From positions 896,001-960,000 of the forward strand of contig OZ257156.1 in assembly GCA_965279375.1 (NCBI GenBank): a DNA stretch of 64,000 nt. The letters are read 5' to 3'. This DNA comes from Gemmatimonas sp. GTDB lineage: Bacteria > Gemmatimonadota > Gemmatimonadetes > Gemmatimonadales > Gemmatimonadaceae. This document shows, one piece after another, positions 57,053 through 64,000 of the stretch (position 1 is the first letter of the stretch; each line of letters opens with the position of its first letter). The notes under the pieces are model-generated. The model was given only the letters and a program-made list of their open reading frames with translations, did no database searches and was not told where the DNA came from. A program made the position numbers and the translations under genes.

Positions 57053-58644
57053 TGCGTAACCAAGGGAGTGTCACGCGTACGTTGGCGCCGGTGATTGCGG
57101 CGAGCGTGGTCCTGCGCCTCTCGATCGCTGCGGGCTCGGGCTTCGGCGTCGATGAAGCGTATGCCGTCACCGTCGCGCGTCCGCTGTCGCTCAGCTACTT
57201 CGATCATCCGCCGCTGCATTTCTGGATGGCGGGCGCGATGGCGTTTCTGACCGACGACACATCGCCGTTCTGGATGCGGCTGCCGTTCGTGCTCTGCTTC
57301 ACGATCACGCTATCGGCGATCGGCGCACTCACCGCGCGACTGTTCTCGCTCCGCGCTGGAGTCATCGCCGTGGCAGCGCTCGCCTCGAGTGGCGTGCTGG
57401 GCGTCACGGCCGGCACGTGGGTGCTTCCCGACGGACCGCTGATCGCCGCAACGAGTGTTGCAGCGTGGCTACTGGCGCCCCTGCTCGTATCGGATGACGA
57501 CGAGACGCGGCGGGTTGATGCAGCGTGGCGTTGGATCACAGCCGGCGCCTGCCTGGGACTCGGCCTGCTCTCCAAGTATCACGCGGTGCTTGCCGCGGCA
57601 GGCATTCTGCTGTTCCTCGCGACGAGTGCCCGTGCCAGGCCCTGGCTGCAGACGCGATGGCCATGGATCGCGGCCGTTGTGATGATGAGCTGCGCCGTGC
57701 CGATCGTGCTGTGGAACGCGCAGCACGACTGGGCATCCTTCGCCTTTCAAGGAGCGCGCGCGATTCCGTCGCGCTGGTCGGCAGCGCCGTTTCTCGAGAG
57801 TGTTGCAGGCCAATTGGCGTGGCTCCTGCCGTGGATCGGCGTGCCGCTGGCGATGTCGCTGGCGAGTGCCGTTGGACGGGGACCGGCGGATCGTGCGCGG
57901 TGGCTCTGCGTCTGCCTCGCCTGCGGGCCGATCGTGCTGTTCACCGGCGTGACCCTCGGCGGAGCGCGCGGACTTCCGCATTGGCAGGCCCCGGGTTGGT
58001 TGTTCGCGTTTCCGTTGCTCGGCGCATGGGCGGACGACGCACTGACGCGAGGCGCGCGATGGCCTCGACCGTGGCTCGTTGGCAGCTCGGCGCTGACCAC
58101 GGCGCTCGTCGTGCTTCTGTTGGGCCAGGGGAAATCCGGTTGGCTCGACGGTCGACTTTCGCCGTCGGCGCGGCTGGCTGATCCCACGCGCGACGCGGTG
58201 TCATGGCGCGCTGCGGTGGATGCCGCAGTGGAGGCCGCGGTGGACGACGCGAAAGAGGACCCGATCCGCGCTGCGGATGGCGACGCACCGCCACCACTCG
58301 TCCTCGCGGCGCGCAGCTGGATTCAGGCGGGGCAGATCGGGGTGGCGCTGCGAGGGCGAGACATTCCGGTCGTGTGTCTGTGCAGCGACCCGCACCACTT
58401 TCGCTGGCAGCACGACTCACTCCAGTCGCGCTGGACGCGGGTGGTGCTGCTCGATCGTTGGCAGCCGAACAAGCGCGGCTGGCAGGACGCGCCCGCCGCG
58501 CTGACCCGTGACAGCCTTCGTGTGGTCGTTCGCGATACATCGGTACTCGATCGCGGCGTCCATGTCATCCGCTACGACGTCGAGCGACCGGGTCCTGCGC
58601 TGAGTAGCGCTACGCGGCAGTCCGCAGCACGAGCTGCTTACTGA
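57049..58644 (+). CDS. GT-C fold glycosyltransferase (ArnT/GT39-like)
   Basis: DEAY, YFDHPPL, PDGP, LLSKY, WNAQHDWASF; multiple TM helices. Confidence 0.85.
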   Translation: MMRNQGSVTRTLAPVIAASVVLRLSIAAGSGFGVDEAYAVTVARPLSLSYFDHPPLHFWMAGAMAFLTDDTSPFWMRLPFVLCFTITLSAIGALTARLFSLRAGVIAVAALASSGVLGVTAGTWVLPDGPLIAATSVAAWLLAPLLVSDDDETRRVDAAWRWITAGACLGLGLLSKYHAVLAAAGILLFLATSARARPWLQTRWPWIAAVVMMSCAVPIVLWNAQHDWASFAFQGARAIPSRWSAAPFLESVAGQLAWLLPWIGVPLAMSLASAVGRGPADRARWLCVCLACGPIVLFTGVTLGGARGLPHWQAPGWLFAFPLLGAWADDALTRGARWPRPWLVGSSALTTALVVLLLGQGKSGWLDGRLSPSARLADPTRDAVSWRAAVDAAVEAAVDDAKEDPIRAADGDAPPPLVLAARSWIQAGQIGVALRGRDIPVVCLCSDPHHFRWQHDSLQSRWTRVVLLDRWQPNKRGWQDAPAALTRDSLRVVVRDTSVLDRGVHVIRYDVERPGPALSSATRQSAARAAY

Positions 58645-59125
58645 AGCAGAACTTTCGGCCGATGCTGAGCTCGGACCGCGAAATCTTCTGGTAGCGCGCA
58701 ATCTTTTCCGGATAGTGCGCGATGCTCGATTCCTGAAAGCCCATGCTGAGGAAGAGACCGTCGGCGAGGGAAATCGCGAACAGCTCGGGAAAGCCGCGCT
58801 GTCTGGCCAGCGCCTCGGCGGCGGCGATCAGGTGGCGACCGATCCCCTGCCCCTGTGCGCATGGCGACACGGCAAGCGACACCAACTCCACCAACGATGG
58901 TGAGTACTCGTCGAGCGCGACGCAGCCAATGACCGACCCATCGACGTCGCGCACCACCTGATAGTCCTGCAGGTGACTGGTCACGAACGCGGGGGACCGG
59001 TGCAGCGTGAGTCCGTCCGGGGCGAAGAGGTTGTTGAGTTCAGCGATGGCGGCGATGTCCTGCTCTTCGGCGTGCACGACCGTGATCGGTGCCGGAGTCG
59101 CGGCACCTGTAACTGTGGCGGTCAT
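58610..59125 (-). CDS. GNAT acetyltransferase, short ArgA-like
   Basis: IGCVAL, ELVSLAV, QGQGIGRHL; ATGA overlap with the upstream stop. Confidence 0.8.
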   Translation of the reverse strand: MTATVTGAATPAPITVVHAEEQDIAAIAELNNLFAPDGLTLHRSPAFVTSHLQDYQVVRDVDGSVIGCVALDEYSPSLVELVSLAVSPCAQGQGIGRHLIAAAEALARQRGFPELFAISLADGLFLSMGFQESSIAHYPEKIARYQKISRSELSIGRKFCFSKQLVLRTAA

Positions 59126-59625
59126 CCGCGGGACGCGTACACGCGAGCCTTGCCAGCCCGGTCGAAGAGCATGACGTCGTACTTGTCTGGCGTACCGCCT
59201 TCCATGCCCGGCGAGCCCACCGGCATGCCGGGGACGGCGAGACCGAGCGCCACCGGCTTTTCTTTCAGCAGCTTCTGGATCAGGTCGGCGGGCACGTGGC
59301 CCTCGATGACGTATGTGCCGACGCGGGCCGTGTGGCACGACTGCAGCGCGGTGGGGACGCCCATCGACGCCTTGACGGTGGACATGTCGGCGGTGTCATG
59401 GACAGTGACCGCGAAACCCGCCGCGCGCATGTGCTTCACCCAGTTCGCGCAGCAGCCGCAGTTGGGATCCTTGTAGACGCTGATCGGCGTGGGAGCACCG
59501 TTCATCCCGCCCGTGCGCGCTTGAGCGCCCGCGACACGAGCGACGCCGACGCCGGCGGCCGCCGCAACGACGGTGAGGAGGAATTCGCGACGAGTGCGCG
59601 ACGGATGCTCTGGAAAAGGCGACAT
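59122..59625 (-). CDS. DUF411/CopG-like metal-binding protein with Tat-like signal
   Basis: TRREFLL; CGCC, SCHT, EGHVP, GLAVPGMPVGSPGME. Confidence 0.9.
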   Translation of the reverse strand: MSPFPEHPSRTRREFLLTVVAAAAGVGVARVAGAQARTGGMNGAPTPISVYKDPNCGCCANWVKHMRAAGFAVTVHDTADMSTVKASMGVPTALQSCHTARVGTYVIEGHVPADLIQKLLKEKPVALGLAVPGMPVGSPGMEGGTPDKYDVMLFDRAGKARVYASRG

Positions 59626-59878
59626 GGCAAGGCGGGCGGGGCGTCGGGATCCGGCGTGCATACACGCCCGCCGGGTCCGAAAAGATCCCGCGCGGAAACA
59701 TCGGACGCGGACCGGAAAAGCTAACGAAATCTGCCGTCGGACGCTCAAGTGAACCGACCTTCAGCCGACACTCCTACACGACGGGCCGCGCGTTGTGTCG
59801 TCACGCCAGCGGCCCTTTCGATTGCCAGGATGGGGCGACGATGCCTCATGAGCGCACGCTCCCGCATCCTCACGCTAC

Positions 59879-61750
59879 GTGTCCAATAGTCCGTCGCATT
59901 CCGCCGAGCGCTTGCTCGACCGCAGTCGCGCGTCCGCCGATCGTCTGAACGGTGCCGTGCTGCTCGCGCATCTTCCGGTGGCCATCATTCTCGCCACCAT
60001 CTACGGCGGGTGGGGCACCGCCTTGGGCTTTGGACTTCCGCTCGGACTCGGCGCCTTTGCGCTGTCCCGGATGGCTCCCGGCGCCAACATGACCCGCATC
60101 GTGCTCGGCCTGTCGTACATGGCCTTCTCGGCGCTGTTCATTCAGCTGGCGCACGGCCTGATCGAGATGCACTTCCACATCTTCTCGGCGCTCGCGCTGC
60201 TGCTCGTCTACCGCGACTGGAAGGTGCCCACCGCGGCGGCGGCGGCCATCGCCGTGCACCACGTGGCCTTCCATATCCTGCAGCAGAAGGGCGTCGGTGT
60301 GTTCGTGATGAACCACGCCATGCCTGGAATCGCCGGCTTCTATATGGTAGGTGTGCATGCGGCGTTCGTGGTGTTCGAGACCGGCGTACTGATCGTCATG
60401 TCGCGCCAGCTGGAGCGCGAGGTGAACCAGACGCAGGATGTCTTCGATTCGCTTGACTCGCTGGGCATGGGCGCACTCAACCGCGAGCCGAGCGGCGATG
60501 GCGTAGCCAGCGCGTTGCGCACGGTCATCGGCGCCGTTCGCGTGCTGGATAGCTGCGCCACCGAACTGTCGCACTCGGTCCGTGAGCAGCGCCGTGCGCG
60601 CTTCGCCGATCTGGATGCATTGCACGGCTCGTTCAGCGAAGTCGCCGCGCGTATGCAGGAAGCGTCCGACCGCGTGGAAGAGCTGCGCATCCAGAACGAG
60701 CGCGACAACGCCAACACGCAGAAATTCCTCTCGACCGCCCTCGTGCCCGCCAACATGGCGATGCGCGACGGTGATTTGACGTCGACGGTCGCGACGGGCT
60801 TTGGCACGGAATACGACGCCACGGCCAAGGCGATGAACAGCGCGCTCGATCAGCTGCGCGACGCGCTGAGCGACCTGCGGTCATCGTCGGAACAGATCGA
60901 GGGCGCGTCAGGCGAGATTGCGACCGGCGCCGACAGCCTGGCTCGCCTCACGTCGGAGCAGGCCGCGGGTCTCGAGGAAATCACCGCCAGCCTGCACGAG
61001 ATGACCTCGCTGGGCAAGTCGAACGCGGCGGACGTCAACAGTGCGCGTACCGCGACCTCGTCGGCGACCGAAGCCGCCACGTTGGGTGTGACCCGCGTGC
61101 AGCATCTGATCACGTCGATGGACGAGACGCGGGATTCGGCGCGAGAGACAGCCAAGATCGTCAAGACGATCGACGAGATCGCCTTCCAGACCAACTTGCT
61201 GGCGCTCAACGCCTCCGTGGAAGCCGCGCGTGCCGGCGATGCAGGACGCGGGTTTGCTGTGGTGGCCGATGAAGTGCGCGCGCTGGCACTGCGCTGCGCG
61301 GACGCGGCACGCAACACGTCCAAGCTGATCGAGGATACCGTTTCGCGCGTGGAGGGCGGCGTGTCGATCTCTCGCGAGGTCGACGTGCAACTGCGCGACG
61401 TCTCCGGTCGCATCACTGTCGTCAACGACGTGATGGAGCGCATCGGCCAAGCGACGACATCGCAGCAGGATGGCATCGTGCAGATCCGTTCGGCGATCGA
61501 CTCGCTCAACGGAGCCGTCCAGAACGCGGCGGCGAATGCGGAAGAGTCTGCGAGTGCGGCCCAGGAGCTGAGCTCGCAGTCGCGGGCGCAGCTTGTCCAG
61601 ACGGAGCGTTTCGTGCTGTCAGGCGGCGGCGATCGGCGACGGTCGACGTCGGCATCACGCGGCGCGCAGCGACCGTCTACGCGGGGCGCCGCGCCGTCTC
61701 AGGCGCAGGAAAGCGATGATGCAGACTCGGAGACGCTCGCGATCTTCTAG
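59879..61750 (+). CDS. Methyl-accepting chemotaxis protein with integral-membrane sensor
   Basis: TM region with [41 protein letters not shown]. Confidence 0.95.
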   Translation: MSNSPSHSAERLLDRSRASADRLNGAVLLAHLPVAIILATIYGGWGTALGFGLPLGLGAFALSRMAPGANMTRIVLGLSYMAFSALFIQLAHGLIEMHFHIFSALALLLVYRDWKVPTAAAAAIAVHHVAFHILQQKGVGVFVMNHAMPGIAGFYMVGVHAAFVVFETGVLIVMSRQLEREVNQTQDVFDSLDSLGMGALNREPSGDGVASALRTVIGAVRVLDSCATELSHSVREQRRARFADLDALHGSFSEVAARMQEASDRVEELRIQNERDNANTQKFLSTALVPANMAMRDGDLTSTVATGFGTEYDATAKAMNSALDQLRDALSDLRSSSEQIEGASGEIATGADSLARLTSEQAAGLEEITASLHEMTSLGKSNAADVNSARTATSSATEAATLGVTRVQHLITSMDETRDSARETAKIVKTIDEIAFQTNLLALNASVEAARAGDAGRGFAVVADEVRALALRCADAARNTSKLIEDTVSRVEGGVSISREVDVQLRDVSGRITVVNDVMERIGQATTSQQDGIVQIRSAIDSLNGAVQNAAANAEESASAAQELSSQSRAQLVQTERFVLSGGGDRRRSTSASRGAQRPSTRGAAPSQAQESDDADSETLAIF

Positions 61751-61787
61751 TTCGGCACCTCGATATGCGCTATCTCTGGCGCCTTCA

Positions 61788-61830
61788 CGATCCCGCCCGG
61801 CGGCTCCATCGCCGGGCGGGATCGCTTTTT
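61788..61830 (+). terminator. Rho-independent terminator
   Basis: 15-bp perfect stem CGATCCCGCCCGGCG / CGCCGGGCGGGATCG followed by CTTTTT. Confidence 0.85.
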
Positions 61831-61978
61831 GCCCGCATGTCAATCGCAAATCAATACCACATACAAAGATCGGGGATTCCCCGACGTGAATTCGTCGGCT
61901 GCCTGACTCGGCCATCGCCGCACGCTGCCCATACTCACCAGCAACCCTCAGCGATTCACGACCTTACCGAGGCACGGC

Positions 61979-64000
61979 ATGACCCTCGCGCCAGGCGCGG
62001 CATCTTCCACAGCGCGCACATCAGCGGCCCAGCTGGACCGCTTTTCCTACGACGATGACATCGTCCGCAAATTCCTCTTCGCCACCCTGATCTGGGGTGT
62101 CGTGGGAATGCTGGTTGGAGTGCTCATCGCACTCCAGCTCGCCAACCCCTTCTTCAACTTCAACACGCCGTGGTTGTCCTTCGGTCGCCTGCGACCGTTG
62201 CACACCAACGCGGTGATCTTCGCTTTCGCGGGGAATGCCTTCTTCTGTGGCTGCTACTACTCCACGCAGCGACTGCTCAAGACGCGGATGTTCTCCGACG
62301 GCTTGAGCCGTTTTCACTTTTGGGGGTGGCAAGCCATCATCGTCAGCGCCGCGCTGACGTTGCCGTTCGGCTTCACGCAGGCGAAGGAATACGCCGAGCT
62401 GGAGTGGCCGATCGATATCGCGATCGCGGTGGTGTGGGTGGCGTTCGCCGTCAACTTCTTCGGCTCGCTGATCAAGCGGCGTGAACGGCATCTGTATGTC
62501 GCGCTCTGGTTCTACATCGCCAGCATCGTGACCGTCGCCATTCTGCACATCTTCAACAACCTGTCGATCCCGGCCGACTTCCTGAAGAGCTACAGCCTCT
62601 ACGCCGGTGTGCAGGACGCGTTCATGCAGTGGTGGTACGGGCACAACGCCGTCGCGTTCTTCCTCACGACGCCGTTCCTCGGGCTGATGTACTACTTCAT
62701 GCCCAAGGCCGCCGAAGGACCGGTCTTCAGCTACAAGCTGTCGATCCTGCACTTCTGGTCGCTGGTGTTCATGTACATCTGGGCTGGCCCACACCATCTG
62801 CACTACACCGCACTCCCGGAGTGGGCCTCCACCCTCGGCATGCTCTTCTCGGTGATGCTGTGGGCGCCGAGCTGGGGCGGCATGATCAACGGGTTGCTCA
62901 CGTTGCGCGGTGCGTGGCACAAGGTGACGCAGGATCCGATTCTCAAGTTCTTCGTCGTCGCGATCACCGCGTACGGCATGAGCACGTTCGAAGGCCCAAT
63001 GTTGTCGATCAAGAGCGTGAATGCGCTCGCGCACTACACCGACTGGATCATCGCGCACGTGCACACCGGCGCACTCGGCTGGAACGGCTTCATGACGTTC
63101 GGCATGGTGTACTGGCTGCTGCCGCGGCTGTTCCAGACGGAGATCTACAGCAAGAAGGCGATGGAGATTCACTTCTGGATCGCGTCTGTCGGCATCGTGC
63201 TGTACGTGGTCGCGATCTACAGCGCCGGTGCCACGCAGGGGCTGATGTGGCGCGCGTTCGACCAGACCGGTCGCCTGGCCTATCCCGACTTCGTCGAGAC
63301 GGTCGTCAAGCTGATGCCGATGTACTGGATGCGCGTCGTCGGCGGCTCGATGTACCTGGTGGGCACGCTGATCTTCGGCTGGAACGTGATCATGACGTGG
63401 CGCAAGCGTCCGGCCCGGTACGATGTGCCGGTGATCGAAGCGGCGCCGTTGTCGAAGAAGTACGAGCACCCGCCGGCAACGGCGTTGCCCGCCGGCCCGT
63501 CGGTTGGCGTCTTCGGCCGGTTCGCTGGTGTGGCGTGGCATCGCGCGTGGGAACGCGCGCCGATGCTCTTCACCGCGCTGACGTTGCTCGCCGTCGTCGT
63601 TGCCTCGCTCTTCGAGATTCTGCCCACGTTCCTCATCAAGTCGAACGTGCCGACGATCGCGTCGGTCAAGCCATACACGCCGCTCGAGTTGGCGGGACGC
63701 GATGTGTACATCGCCGAAGGGTGCTTCAACTGTCACTCGCAGATGATCCGTCCGTTCCGCTACGAGACGGAGCGCTTCGGCGAATACTCCAAGCCGGGCG
63801 AGTCGGTCTACGATCATCCGTTCCTGTGGGGATCGCGCCGCATCGGACCTGATCTGGCACGCGAAGGGGGCAAGTATCCCGATCTGTGGCATGTGCGGCA
63901 CTTCGAGAATCCGCGCGCGGTCACCGCGAAGTCGATCATGCCGGCCTACTCGCAGCTCCTCACCAACACGCTCGACTTCGACGGCATTCAGAAGCGCGTG
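61979..64000 (+). CDS. ccoN: cbb3-type cytochrome c oxidase, fused subunits I/II, runs off the window (absent from the ORF track)
   Basis: Read from ATG 61979: FGRLRPLHTNAVIF, QWWYGHNAV, GPHHL, IAHVH, then in frame PYTPLELAGRDVY...GCFNCHSQMIRP, LWGSRRIGPDL. Confidence 0.95.
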   Translation, partial: MTLAPGAASSTARTSAAQLDRFSYDDDIVRKFLFATLIWGVVGMLVGVLIALQLANPFFNFNTPWLSFGRLRPLHTNAVIFAFAGNAFFCGCYYSTQRLLKTRMFSDGLSRFHFWGWQAIIVSAALTLPFGFTQAKEYAELEWPIDIAIAVVWVAFAVNFFGSLIKRRERHLYVALWFYIASIVTVAILHIFNNLSIPADFLKSYSLYAGVQDAFMQWWYGHNAVAFFLTTPFLGLMYYFMPKAAEGPVFSYKLSILHFWSLVFMYIWAGPHHLHYTALPEWASTLGMLFSVMLWAPSWGGMINGLLTLRGAWHKVTQDPILKFFVVAITAYGMSTFEGPMLSIKSVNALAHYTDWIIAHVHTGALGWNGFMTFGMVYWLLPRLFQTEIYSKKAMEIHFWIASVGIVLYVVAIYSAGATQGLMWRAFDQTGRLAYPDFVETVVKLMPMYWMRVVGGSMYLVGTLIFGWNVIMTWRKRPARYDVPVIEAAPLSKKYEHPPATALPAGPSVGVFGRFAGVAWHRAWERAPMLFTALTLLAVVVASLFEILPTFLIKSNVPTIASVKPYTPLELAGRDVYIAEGCFNCHSQMIRPFRYETERFGEYSKPGESVYDHPFLWGSRRIGPDLAREGGKYPDLWHVRHFENPRAVTAKSIMPAYSQLLTNTLDFDGIQKRV

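Noticed and set aside
61835..61860. FNR box upstream of ccoN
   Set aside because: Only an ATCAA half-site; no TTGAT at the required spacing.
62021..63901. 626-aa minus-strand ORF
   Set aside because: Antisense to ccoNO; typical high-GC shadow frame.

Overview
High-GC bacterial chromosomal window; gene content suggests Gemmatimonadota (inference). The flanks carry ordinary genes. Left: fhs (5'-truncated), YigZ, a DEAD-box helicase, an ABC exporter, an aldo/keto reductase and an acyl-ACP desaturase. Right: ppc, a glycerophosphodiesterase, a Ser/Thr kinase, TetR-TolC-MFP-RND efflux, tandem SDRs, an olsB/olsA-like lipid operon, an MCP and fused ccoNO (3'-truncated). Between ~9.1 and ~29.1 kb lies an accessory region punctuated by integron attC sites on the minus strand (9576-9667, 15715-15827, 27736-27845, plus a decayed site at 29035-29149). 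No integrase is in the window, so this is a CALIN-like array. The main candidate novel system is a ~12 kb segment (15721-27741) whose two ends match as those of a single gene cassette do. It holds a leftward leucine operon (Leu/Phe/Val dehydrogenase, a complete leucyl-tRNA synthetase, fused branched-chain 2-oxoacid dehydrogenase E1). Divergent from it are a 1113-aa protein with full RelA/SpoT architecture but degenerate catalytic motifs fused to a STAND/AAA-type ATPase, and a partner ATPase with a winged-helix domain. Next to it are an alpha/beta-hydrolase-CHAT protease plus MBL-fold hydrolase pair, an IS3 remnant, an AAC(3)-I-like GNAT cassette and a serine hydrolase cassette. All family calls come from motif recognition by eye; no database searches were run.
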